Positions 11,831 to 23,535 of a stretch of 64,000 nt of DNA are shown in pieces. The number at the start of each line of letters is the position of its first letter. Within the stretch, counting starts at the first letter, position 1. Origin of the DNA: Asterias rubens (taxonomy: Eukaryota); the NCBI RefSeq assembly GCF_902459465.1, contig NC_047062.1:24056001-24120000 (forward strand). The letters are read 5' to 3'. The notes beneath the pieces were generated by a model that searched no databases, was not told the origin of the DNA, and worked only from the letters and a program-made list of their open reading frames with translations. The position numbers were made by a program, and so were the translations under genes.

Positions 11831-14800
11831 CCATGTTTTGTATATAACAGCCAGGGGTGTGTGTTACAGATTTATGGATTAAAAAATTGTACCTTCTTTC
11901 TATTAAAAGATGGAACCATTGGCTTTGTATTTGCCCATTATGTTACACACGTATTAAGCATGGCGAATTAGAGCATACAATAGGAAATTCGTGTTGTGAA
12001 TTTAATTGGGTTGAGCTAAGTAGCCGATGATTAACACGTATGAGCACTAATCTGATATTGGTTTCAGATTTATGGATTAAAACATTGTACTATTTTTCAA
12101 TGAAGATGGAACCATTGGCTTTGTATTCGCCCATACCTTAAGCATGTATTTATGTATAGGCAAATAGCACATGCAGTAAAGTATGAAGTTCGTTAATTAT
12201 AGACTTGTTTACATTAATTGGGCTGATTTCTGATCAGAGTTGTGAAAAGATTTGAGAAATAAAACATGATTATTTCTTCTAAAGAAGATGGAACTCTTGC
12301 CTTTGTAATTACCCATTTAATACACAGCTTGCAGCTTGTATTAGCCCAACGAGTAGAAAATTCGTAATTTTTCCTCTTGACTAAATTAATTGGGCTGAGC
12401 TAATTATCAAACGTAAACACGTCGGGCGCTAATCTTCCAGGGGTATGATGATATTTTTTAATTCGTAATCTCTTCCTTGATTAAATTAATTGGGCTGAGC
12501 TAATTAGCAGACTTAACAAGTTGGGGCGCTAGTCTGATATAGCCAGGGGTATGAGGAATAGATTTATGAAATAACAATTAAAAATATTTTCCAATTAAGA
12601 TGGAACTCTTGGCTTTGTAATTGCCCCTTACTTACGCGCTTGTTATCTATAAGTATATACAGCGTATATATACAGTACAAAAACTCGTAAATTCTTCCCT
12701 TATTAAATTAATTGGGCTGAGCTAATTAGCAGACTTATCAAGTTGGGGCGCTAGTCTGATATAGCCAGGGGTATGAGGAATAGATTAATGAAATAAAAAT
12801 TAATAATATTTTCCAATTAAGATGGAACTCTTGGCTTTGTAATTGCCCATTACTTACGCGCTTGTTATCTAAGTATATATAGCGTATATATACAGTACAA
12901 AACTAGTAAATTCTTCTATTATTAAATTAATTGGGCTGAGCTAATTAGCTGACTTATCAAGTTGGGGCGCTAGTCTGATATAGCCATGGGTGTGAGGAAC
13001 AGATTTATGAAATAAAAATTAATAATAATTTCCAATTAAGATGGAACTCTTGGCTTTGTAATTGCCCATTACTTACGCGCTTGTTATCTATAAGTATATA
13101 CAGCGTATCTATACAGTACAAAAACTAGTAAATTCTTCCCTTATTAAATTAATTGGGCTGAGCTAATAAGCAGACTTATCAAGTTGGGGCGCTAGTCTGA
13201 TATAGCCAGGGGTATGAGGAATAGATTTATGAAATAAAAATTAATAATATTTCCTAATTAAGATGGAACTCTTGGCTTTGTAGTTGCCCATACCTTACGC
13301 TTGTTCTTTGTGTATAGCATATAAAATGTACAGCGTATAAAGTACAAAAACTCGTAAATTCTTCGCTGATTAAATTAATTGGGCTGAGCTAATTAGCAGA
13401 CTTATCAAGTTGGGGCGCTAATCTGATATAGCCAGGGGTATGAGGAATAGAGTTATGAAATAAAAATTCATAATATTTTCCAATTAAGATGGAACTCTTG
13501 GCTTTGTAATTGCCCATTACTTACGCGCTTGTTATCTAAGTATATACAGCGTATATATACAGTACAAAAACTAGTAAATTCTTCCCTTATTAATTTAATT
13601 GGGCTGAGCTAATTAACAGTCTTAACAAGTTGGGGCGCTAATCTGATATAGCCAGGGGTTTGAGGAATAGATTTATGAAATAAAAATTAATAATATTTTC
13701 CAATTAAGATGGAACTCTTGCCTTTTTATTTGCCCAAACCTTACGCTTGTTCTTTGTATAGCATATTAATAGCGTTATACAGTACAAAAACTAGTAAATT
13801 ATTCCCTTATTAATTTAATTGGGCTGAGCTAATTAGCAGTCTTAACAAGTTGGGGCGCTAATCTGATATAGCCATGGGTGTGAGGAACAGATTTATGAAA
13901 TAAAAATTAATAATATTTTCCAATTAAGATGGAACTCTTGGCTTTGTAATTGCCCATACCTTACGCTTGTTCTTTGTGTATAGCATAATGTACAGCGTAA
14001 AAAGTAGAAAAACTCGTAAATTCTTCCCTTATTAAATTAATTGGGCTGAACTAATTAGAAGACCTAACACATTGGAGCGCCGGGCTTATATAGCCAGGGG
14101 TATGAGGAACAGATTTATGAAATAAAAATTAATAATATTTTCCAATGAGAATGGAACTCTTGGCTTTGTAATTGCCCATATCTTACGCTTGTTCTTTGTG
14201 TATAGCATAATGTACAGCGTAAAAAGTAGAAAAACTCGTAAATTCTTCCCTTATTTAATTAATTGGGCTGAACTAATTAGAAGACCTAACACATTGGGGC
14301 GCCGGGCTTATATAGCCAGGGGTATGAGGAACAGATTTATGAAATAAAAATTAATAATATTTTCCAATGAGAATGGAACTCTTGGCTTTGTAATTGCCCG
14401 TATCTTACGCTTGTTCTTTGTGTATAGCATAATGTACAGCGTAAACAGTAGAAAAACTCGTAAATTCTGCCCTTATTAAATTAATTGGGCTGAACTAATT
14501 AGAAGACTTAACACATTGGGGCGCCGGGCTTATATAGCCAGAGGTATGAGGAATAGATTTATGAAATAAAAATTAATAATTTTTGCTAATTAAGATGGAA
14601 CTCTTGGCTTTGTATATGCCCGTACCTATACGCTTGTTCTTTGTGTATAGCATAATGTACAGCGTAAAAAGTAGAAAAACTCGTAAATTCTTCCCTTATT
14701 AAATTAATTGGGCTGAACTAATTAGAAGACTTAACACATTGGGGCGCCGGGCTTATATAGCCAGGGGTATGAGGAACAGATTTATGAAATAAAAATTAAT

Positions 14801-17478
14801 AATATTTTCCAATTAAGATGGAACTCTTGGCTTTGTAATTGCCCATATCTTACGCTTGTTCTTTGTGTATAGCATAATGTACAGCGTAAAAAGTAGAAAA
14901 ACTCGTAAATTCTTCCCTTATAAAATTAATTGGGCTGAACTAATTAGAAGACTTAACACATTGGGGCGCCGGGCTTATATAGCCAGGGGTATGAGGAACA
15001 GATTTATGAAATAAAAATTAATAATATTTTCCAATTAAGATGGAACTCTTGGCTTTGTAATTGCCCATATCTTACGCTTGTTCTTTGTGTATAGCATAAT
15101 GTACAGCGTAAAAAGTAGAAAAACTCGTAAATTCTTCCCTTATTAAATTAATTGGGCTGAACTAATTAGCAGACTTAACACATTGGGGCGCTGGGCATAT
15201 ATAGCCAGGGGTATGGGAAACATATTTGATGAAATAAAAATTAATAATATTTTCCAATTAAGATGGAACTCTTGGCTTTGTAATTGCCCATATCTTACGC
15301 TTGTTCTTTGTGTATAGCATAATGTACAGCGTAAAAAGTAGAAAAACTCGTAAATTCTTCCCTTATTAAATTAATTGGGCTGAACTAATTAGCAGACTTA
15401 ACACATTGGGGCGCTGGGCATATATAGCCAGGGGTATGGGAAACATATTTGATGAAATAAAAATTAATAATATTTTCCAATTAAGGTGGAACTCTTGGCT
15501 TTGTAATTTCCCATACCTTACGCGCTTGTTATATAAGTATAGCGTAAAAGTACACAAATTCGTAAAATCTTCCCTGATTAATTTAGTTGGGCTGAGCTAA
15601 TTAGCACACTTAATACTCTGGGGCGCTAATCTGACATAGCCAGAGGTATGAGGAATAGATTTATGAAATAAAAATTAATAATATTTTCCAATTAAGATGG
15701 AACTCTTGGCTTTGTATATGCCCGTACCTAGACGCTTGTTCTTTGCATAGCATATAAACAGCGTATAAAGTACAAAAACTAGCAAGTTCTTCCCTTATTA
15801 AATTAATTGGGCTGAGCTAATTAGAAGACTTAACACATTGGGGCGCCGGGCTTATATAGCCAGAGGTATGAGGAATAGATTTATGAAATAAAAATTAATA
15901 ATATTTTCTAATTAAGATGGAACTCTTGGCTTTGTATATGCCCGTACCTAGACGCTTGTTCTTTGCATAGCATATAAACAGCGTATAAAGTACAAAAACT
16001 AGCAAGTTCTTCCCTTATTAAATTAATTGGGCTGAGCTAATTAGTAGACTTAACACTATGGGGCGCTAATCTGATATAGCCAGGGGTATGAGGAACATAT
16101 TCATGAAATAAAAATTAATAATATTGTCCAATTAATATGGAACTCTTGGCTTTGTAATTGCCCGTACCTATACACTTGTTCTTTGCATATCATATAAACA
16201 GCGTAAAAAGTAGAAAAACTCGTAAATTCTTCCCTTATTAAATTAATTGGGCTGAACTAATTAGCAGACTTAACACATTGGGGCGCCGGGCTTATATAGC
16301 CAGGGGTATGGGAAACAGATTTATAAAATAAAAATTAATAATATTTTCCAATTAAGATGGAACTCTTGGCTTTGTAATTGCCCATATCTTACGCTTGTTC
16401 TTTGTGTACAGCATAATGTACAGCGTAAAAAGTAGATAAAATTGGAAAATTCTTCCCTTATTAAATTAATTGGGCTGAACTAATTAGAAGACTTAACACA
16501 TTGGGGCGCCGGGCTTATATAGCCAGAGGTATGAGGAATAAATTTATGAAATAAAAATTAATAATATTTTCTAATTAAGATGGAACTCTTGGCTTTGTAA
16601 TTGCCCATACCTTACGCTTGTTCTTTGTGTATAGCATAATGTACAGCGTATAAAGTAGAAAAACTCGTAAATTATTCCCTTATTAAATTAATTGGGCTGA
16701 ACTAATTAGAAGACTTAACACATTGGGGCGCCGGGCTTATATAGCCAGGGATATGAGAAACAGATTTATGAAATAAAATTTAATAATATTTTCCAATTAA
16801 GATGGAACTCTTGGCTTTGTAATTGCCCATATCTTACGCTTGTTCTTTGTGTACAGCATAATGTACAGCGTAAAAAGTAGAAAAACTCGTAAATTCTTCC
16901 CTTATTAAATTAATTGGGCTGAACTAATTAGAAGACTTAACACATTGGGGCGCCGGGCTTATATAGCCAGACGTATGAGGAATAGATTTATGAAATAAAA
17001 ATTAATAATTTTTGCTAATTAAGATGGAACTCTTGGCTTTGTATATGCCCGTACCTATACGCTTGTTCTTTGCATAGCATATAAACAGCGTATAAAGTAC
17101 AAAAACTAGCAAGTTCTTCCCTTATTAAATTAATTGGGCTGAGCTAATTAGCAGACTTAACAAGTTGGGGCGCTAATCTGATATAGCCAGGGGTATGAGG
17201 AATAGATTTATGAACTAAAAATTAATAAATTTTTCCAATTAAGATGGAACTCTTGGCTTTGTAATTGCCCATACCTTACGCATACAGCGCATACAGTACA
17301 AAAATTCGTATATTCTTCATTGACTAAATTAATTGGGCTAAGCTAATTAGCAGACTTCAAACACTGGGGCGCTAATCTGATTTAGCCAGGGGTATGAGGA
17401 ATAGATTTATGAAATAAAAATTAATAATATTGCCCAATTAAGATGGAACTCTTGGCTTTGAATCTACCCATACCTTAC
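11830..17478 (-). repeat. Right arm: ~26 tandem units, inverted relative to the left arm
   Basis: GGAACTCTTGGCTTTG recurs every ~200-224 bp; reverse complement of the left-arm unit. Confidence 0.95.
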
Positions 17479-17620
17479 GCGTGTACAATCCTTCCGCACT
17501 GTCTTCGACGGGTAATGACGGTCGTCGACAGTTATATCGAAATTTGGTGCTAGCACCAAATTTTTTTGCCATCACCAAATTTGGTGTTGGGCCCAAATTT
17601 GGTGCTCACTTCAGTCTGGT
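17479..17620 (-). repeat. Right terminal TIR domain
   Basis: Reverse complement of 1304-1445. Confidence 0.9.
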
Positions 17621-17878
17621 GAGTGTTGTTGTTAGTTTGTTCGTTTTTAAATAGCGCCACCAATAAACCAGAATTGTTTTGAAGCGCCCTCTTGCGTCCA
17701 AAACGAATGCTCTTCGTACATTACATAAGTTGCATTGAATCCCCTGTCCTTCATGCACTGGTACGAAATTTTCTTCCTCCAGGACGTAAATAGTGTTCAA
17801 AATACACAGAAAATCACTGCCGGCAGAATGGAACAAAGTTGAAGTTTTTGTTTTATGCTGTAAATTGGATTTGCCGAG
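17621..17878. promoter_or_regulatory. Probable divergent promoter / 5' UTR segment shared by CHAC2 (-) and UQCC3 (+)
   Basis: Lies between the right TSD and a GAG|GTAAGT donor at 17879 that can splice to an acceptor at 18298 just upstream of the UQCC3-like ATG; promoter role inferred from gene geometry. Confidence 0.55.
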
Positions 17879-18319
17879 GTAAGTGTAAAACTAATTTGTA
17901 AATTCGATTACTGACACACTACTGCTGAGCAGCTGACTGGGTTGTCAATCTGAATCTGTATTGACTGACTGCGTGTTTTCCCTGAACATGCTAAATGGCA
18001 TCTATTTTTTTTTTTGGGGGGGGGGGGGGGGGGTTTCCTATAAACTCGTTTCCTATAAAATCTATGTGATTAAAATAACGTTGTATTCTTTAAAAAGTAA
18101 CATAGATGTGATGTTTCCATTAGGCATTATTAATATTATTAGGAACTTTTGGCGTAGTACTACTACTACTTACTAGACAGTTCAGAGATTCTATTTTACT
18201 GTAGTGGATTGCGGTTCAGTTGCAGCTGCTATTTATTGACGGATATACAAAAGAAAGTTATTGTCATTTTTGGTTGAAATTGTTGTAATCTTTTACAGGT
18301 GTACACACCGTGGTTCATC

Positions 18320-19197
18320 ATGTCCGGCAAGCTTACAAGAATGTTATTAAGTCTAGGTCTTATTGGAGCGTCTGGTGCAGTTGGTTGGGGACTTCTCAAA
18401 CTTGTCTCACCAAGTCCTGAAGTTCTACTGAAGGTATTTTAACATTTCCCAAAGAATGGAGGTAGAACTACCTTCATCCTCAAAGTCGGGATGTTTTTGC
18501 CAAAATGTTCTGCGAACTGACCACAGAGACCGAGACTCTTGAATTGCTCACCTGCAACCCCTACATGTAAATTAAAGTAGGATAATGGCCAATTTCAAAA
18601 CAGGGCGTCCACAAGACACCAAGATACCCCTGCTGGATTTTGGGGGAAAAGTGTGTCCAACTTTGAATTGCTCACCTGCAACCCCCACATGTAAATTAAA
18701 GTAGGATAATGGCCAATTTCAAAACAGGGCGTCCACAAGACACCAAGATACACCTGCTGGATTTTGGGGAAAAAGTGTGTCCAACTTTGCTGGCAAATTA
18801 AACAATGGTTGTCAAAATTGATACTAAGTGGTGTAGTTACTAAACATTTACAGATAAAACAGGGTGTCCAAAAGACACTCCTCTGTCACACACAGAGGTA
18901 CTTTTCTAGTTAAATACATGTACTGTGTTTTTAAGTTTGTTCACATTAAAAACTTTGTTTTTAGGTAAATTTAATGAACACTTAAAAGTATTGTATGAGT
19001 ACGTTAGCAAGCATCATTCACTGTCATATAATTCTGTGCTTTACACTCCATTGATTTGTCAACAGCAACTTCCAGAAAACAACCCATCAGTAATGAGGGA
19101 GTCTAAACAGAAAACCCAGGAGTGGATGGATGCATTGAAAGCTGCTGCAGACGACCCCAACCCAATCTATAAGTCATTCGGGGCCAAGAAAAACTGA
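18320..19197 (+). CDS. UQCC3: UQCC3-like complex III assembly factor, 81 aa (exons 18320-18433, 19066-19197)
   Basis: MSGKLTRMLLSLGLIGASGAVGWGLLKLVSPSPEVLLK|QLPENNPSVMRESKQKTQEWMDALKAAADDPNPIYKSFGAKKN; Gly-rich TM then SP...LP....P pattern as recalled for UQCC3; phase-0 GT-AG intron. Confidence 0.75.
18537..18788. repeat. Tandem duplication, 2 x ~124 bp, in the UQCC3 intron
   Basis: gaattgctcacctgcaaccc...gtgtgtccaacttt occurs at 18541 and 18665. Confidence 0.9.
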
Positions 19198-19337
19198 AGA
19201 TGTTATCAAGAGTGTAGAAGAAAAACCAACCCTATCTTATATGTAAGGCAGTTGTGCCTTAGGGAAGAAAATGAAGATACATTCATTAACTCAAAAAATC
19301 TATTGGATTCGAACTGCCTCTAGCTTCCGGGCATTCT

Positions 19338-19495
19338 TGGTGGTCTAAGTTGGATGCTGCTCTATATTTGTAAAGGTCGTCGTGGGTTCGAATCCCACTC
19401 AAGTAAAATGCATGTGAGGTTTTTCCACGGAGCACGGGAAAGTGCTGACTATACAGTGCTTACACACATCAGTGTTTATTTGTAAACCAAAGTTA
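19338..19495 (+). mobile_element. tRNA-derived SINE remnant
   Basis: A-box-like tggtctaagttgg, B-box ggttcgaatccc and tail ...tatacagtgcttacacacatc; shared in reverse with 58905-59080 and ~36785-36880. Confidence 0.6.
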
Positions 19496-20409
19496 ATATA
19501 ACTTTTAACTGTTCAACCTTTTAATGATATCGTCAGAAAATGCTTAATGTTGGTAAGGAGTGTCTTGAGACACATTTTGTGAGTGTTGGTGCAGTGTTGA
19601 TGCAGTTACATTATACATGCACAATGGAAGAATGCGTTGAAAACTGCCATTAAGAGGGATGTTCTTTCTTTCACTGTACATGTATGTTGACTTAAAAAAT
19701 TACAAAAAAAAATAGAGCACACATCATGTTTACATATGTGTTTTGATTGAGGTTATTTATGATTAAATAATCAACTTTATCACATCCCACAATCTTGTTT
19801 ACCTGAAATAAAAATCTGTACTGAATAATGTATCAGACTCGGATGGGATTATGTTGCTATATTCCAATGAGGTAACAAACACAAACATTTTGAACAAAAT
19901 TAATTTTAAAGAATGCTGTGAAATTAGTTTCAATAATTTTATGGTAGTTTTTATCAATACAACAAGGACAAGAACTTTTACAAGTTAAACAAATTATTTT
20001 AGTAAATGGATAGTTTGGATAGTTTCTGATTTAACAAAGAAATGTAAATAAGAAGGAACAATAAAGAATGAGGAGAGAATAGTGAAAGTTAATGTTTCTT
20101 TTGTGTGTTATTAGGTAGCTGAATGTGAATTAATTCCCCCCTTCCCCCACTCTTATTCCTTTATTAGAAGTAGATTGCACCTACTGCACATGTAATTAGA
20201 ACCATTGTCAATTTCCACAATATCGCTTTATTTTGTTTACAGTTTATTTGATTGGGTACACCTTTCAAGCAGTGATTACCATTACTGATTTTGCTTCATA
20301 TAGTATCTAGTGTGGGAGTTCAATGACCCGACCAGTCGGCAATCGATCAACTATAAACCTCTGCAAGAATGGAGGTAACCCTGCTGCAAAGCAATACCCA
20401 GTGACTTAA

Positions 20410-20791
20410 AGGCAGGGGACAACTTTGGTAATTGTCAAAGACCAGTCGCCTCACTTGGTAGATCTCAACATATGCATAAAAAAACAAAACTGAAAATTTG
20501 AGCTCAATTGGTCGTCGATGTTGCGAGATTATAATAAAAGAAAGAACGAAAGAACACCCTTGTCACACGAAGTTGTGTGCGTTTAGATGGTTGATTTTGA
20601 GACCTCAAATTCTAAATCTGAGGTCTTGAAATCAAATTCGTGGAAAATTACTTCTTTCTCGAAAACTATGTCACTTCGGAGGGAGCCGTTTCTCACAACA
20701 TTTTATACTATCAACCTCTCCCCATTACTCGTTACCAAGTAGGGTTTTATGCTAATAATTATTTTGAGTATTCCAATAGTGTCCACTGCCT
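20410..20791. mobile_element. TTAA-flanked MITE, abundant ~350-390 bp family (Kolobok-like termini, inferred)
   Basis: TTAA|AGGCAG...CTGCCT|TTAA; internal sequence shared with at least 10 copies in the window. Confidence 0.8.
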
Positions 20792-20795
20792 TTAA

Positions 20796-21160
20796 AGCCA
20801 TTGGACCCTTTCGGTTCAGAAAAAAAAAAAAAGTTCACAGATTTACAAATAACTTACAGGGTTTACAGAAGGCAATGGTGAAAGACTTCTCTTGAAATAT
20901 TATTCCATGAAATGCTTTACTTTTTGAGAAAACAGCAAAACAATATAAATTCTCGTTAACGAGAATTACAGATTTATTTGAAACACATGTCATGACACGG
21001 CGAAATGCGCGGAAACAAGGGTGGGTTTTTCCGTTGTTTTCACCCGACTCCGATGACCGATTGAGCCTAAATTTTCACAGGTTTGTTATTTGATATAGAA
21101 GTTGTGGTACACAAAGTGTGGGCCTTGGACAACACTGTTTACCGAAAGGGTCCAATGGCT
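20796..21160. mobile_element. Second TTAA-flanked MITE family abutting the first
   Basis: TIR AGCCATTGGACCCTTTCGG / CCGAAAGGGTCCAATGGCT with TTAA on both sides; left TTAA shared with the previous MITE. Confidence 0.8.
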
Positions 21161-21303
21161 TTAACCCAGTAATGAGATACAAAAATAATGTATAACTTGA
21201 CTGCCAACAATACTGGCCAATAATTTTTAATTCTGATAGTTCAATAGATTTATTTCATATTCCTCCCTTCTTATCCTCTAAACATGTGTAGGCACTAGGC
21301 ACG

Positions 21304-21696
21304 TTATGTGCTCTGTTCAGTTCGTCTAGCAAGCACCTGGGTGTTAAACTCGTGCATGAATTCTGACGACAGCTCTTGGAGTTGAGTTAAAAACAGTGTT
21401 CTTTCCACTTCGCTCCATTCCTGAAACCAATCCGTGAAGAGTTTGAGCTGGCACTGGTATATACTTGGTGCCTTGTCGTTTACTTTCAGAGTCTGCATGG
21501 CATCAAATAGGGTTGTAACATCTGGCGGCACTGCCTTATTCACAAGGTCCGATAAAAAGTCCTTTCTTTGGTAGTGGCTCCAAGTTGAGAACCAGTGAAG
21601 GACGGTTTTCAGCTCCTGCTGGAATACGCTGGCAGCCATTTCTTCTCTAGTTGGTGGTGCTGCAGCTGCCATAGTCACATCATGTCCTTGTGTCAT
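21304..21696 (-). CDS. C14orf119: C14orf119-like protein, 130 aa, single coding exon
   Basis: QELKTVLHWFSTWSHYQRKDFLSDLVNKAVP and PSIYQCQLKLFTDWFQEWSEVER match the family pattern as recalled; acceptor just upstream of the ATG. Confidence 0.85.
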   Translation of the reverse strand: MTQGHDVTMAAAAPPTREEMAASVFQQELKTVLHWFSTWSHYQRKDFLSDLVNKAVPPDVTTLFDAMQTLKVNDKAPSIYQCQLKLFTDWFQEWSEVERTLFLTQLQELSSEFMHEFNTQVLARRTEQST

Positions 21697-22758
21697 AGAC
21701 TTGAAATGTTGATGGCTCTGTTATAAATACAAAAAGGAAGAAAAAGTAACATTGCATTGAGTGTTCCTAGAAAGGAGCTGATCAATTTTTTCATCAAGAT
21801 CAAGCAGTGTATGGTGAAAAGTCAGTTTATTAAATACATGTAATGATTGTCATTTGATCTCAAATTCTGCAGTCACTTGTCTTTTTTATTTTTGTTTACT
21901 ATTAAAAGAGGTTTCACAGTAATGAAGACACTCTATAAAAATAATACAATTAATTTCCAAAAGAAGATTTCAAAAAGCCTGTGAGTGTGACTGTGCTCTT
22001 TAAATATATATATATATATATATATATATTTGAAAATTAATAATTAATTAAGCGGGCTTCCCTCTTTACTATTATATTTTAAAGGAGAAATTGTGTCGCA
22101 ACTTTTCTTGCACCATCAATTTCATATCAAGATATTTATTGAATTGACTTACACAGTGTCAGGAAAACACTTGGTGGAGCATCATCAAGTAAAATCATCT
22201 GCATATTATATTGAACTAGTAGTCTACATACTACAGACTACAGCTCTTTTATTAATAATTCTTTTTGAAAATAAGACTGATTACGATCATACACAGTCTT
22301 TAAAAAAATAATATCACTATCACTTTTCTTTCAGTGCTCAGTCTAGTTTATTGCTCCATGGTTTAGTGCAAGCATGGAGCTATAATTTATAAACATTTTT
22401 ATAGCTCCATGTGCAAGCATGGAGAGAGAGGCAATGGCAATTGCTGGCAAAGAAAAGACCGCATGAATTTGATTACGAAACCTTCACAAAAACACAACAA
22501 TACTTACATTTTCATCTTGATTGCATCACGTATCCGTCCAGATCATTATACACCATTCAGAGAGAGACAATGGGCACTAATGATGATCAAAATAACAGCG
22601 CTCCTTTCCCCATGCACAACGCCTGACTCATTGAGACAGTTATTTTCAAATAAGTGGCCTTGCAACCTCGTTTTCAAGTAACGAGTGAAACGCCTGCGAC
22701 GTGTAGATCGATAGCACGTAAAATTACCCCCTGAGAACGTCAATGTATTTCGATAAAG

Positions 22759-23535
22759 ATGGCGGCGCCCATGGTGACATCTACGGTCTCTCTTCGCACT
22801 GGTGAAAAGCACAGCTTCAGCAATCAAATTGAACTCACAAATGGTCAGATTACGAACGAGAAATTGAGAGAATCAGTGCAGGGAATCCAGAAGGAGTTAA
22901 ATGATTTTCTTACCTCACAAGTTGATATTGCAAAAGGCTCAGCAGTCAACCGAAAAACCAACGCTGGAGATGCATCGCAGGATGACGATTTAGGTATTAT
23001 TTTATACAAAAGAGGGCGCTATGATAGTTTGTCTTCCTGTCATTAACACTGTGCGTAGAAACTAGTACTTCTTGAACCATATTATTCCGAGCAAGGATAT
23101 GCTTGAACTATTTTACATCTTGTGTTACTCGTCAAAGCCTGGTTTCAGCAAATTTTGTCAAGGAAGTAGGACCCCATATTGTCAGAATTGCCCAGTAGTA
23201 ACATTACATTGAGTTTCCTAAAAAGAGCATGGCTGCTGTCGGTACTTAAAAAGTAAACAATGCAATACATGCATTTCATTACTGAGTCTGTGGTAAGCCA
23301 AACAATTCTAACCAAAAGAAAAACACAAGAAGTTTCTTCCATTCAATACAATGTAAGCAGTATGTCAATTGGTCACGAAAATTTACTGGTCTATGAAAAT
23401 TATTTTTATATGAATGTTTATTTCTCCATAGATGAAAGTGACGATGACGGTGATGACCTTAATGATGAAGATCAAGAACCTTCCGCTAAAGAGCAACCAA
23501 CTGAAGAACCACCTGACAAGAAACCTAAAAAGTAG
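22759..23535 (+). CDS. GON7: GON7-like KEOPS subunit, 112 aa (exons 22759-22993, 23432-23535)
   Basis: Small two-exon protein, helical middle, acidic stretch DESDDDGDDLNDED and PPDKKPKK end; phase-1 GT-AG intron; assignment by architecture. Confidence 0.6.

Larger units (their letters stand above)
1304..17620. mobile_element. 16.3-kb non-autonomous foldback / Mutator-like (MULE) DNA transposon
   Basis: Ends ACCAGACTGAAGTGAGC...GCTCACTTCAGTCTGGT are exact reverse complements; 9-bp direct repeat GAGTGTTGT at 1295-1303 and 17621-17629; multi-kb inverted arms flank a unique core; superfamily inferred from TSD length and arm structure. Confidence 0.9.

Noticed and set aside
1304-17620. Giant palindrome as a sequencing or assembly fold-back artefact
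   Set aside because: It has a unique asymmetric core, an exact 9-bp TSD, flanks that rejoin into a sensible CHAC2 5' region, and different unit order and number in the two arms. Exact unit counts may still be misassembled.
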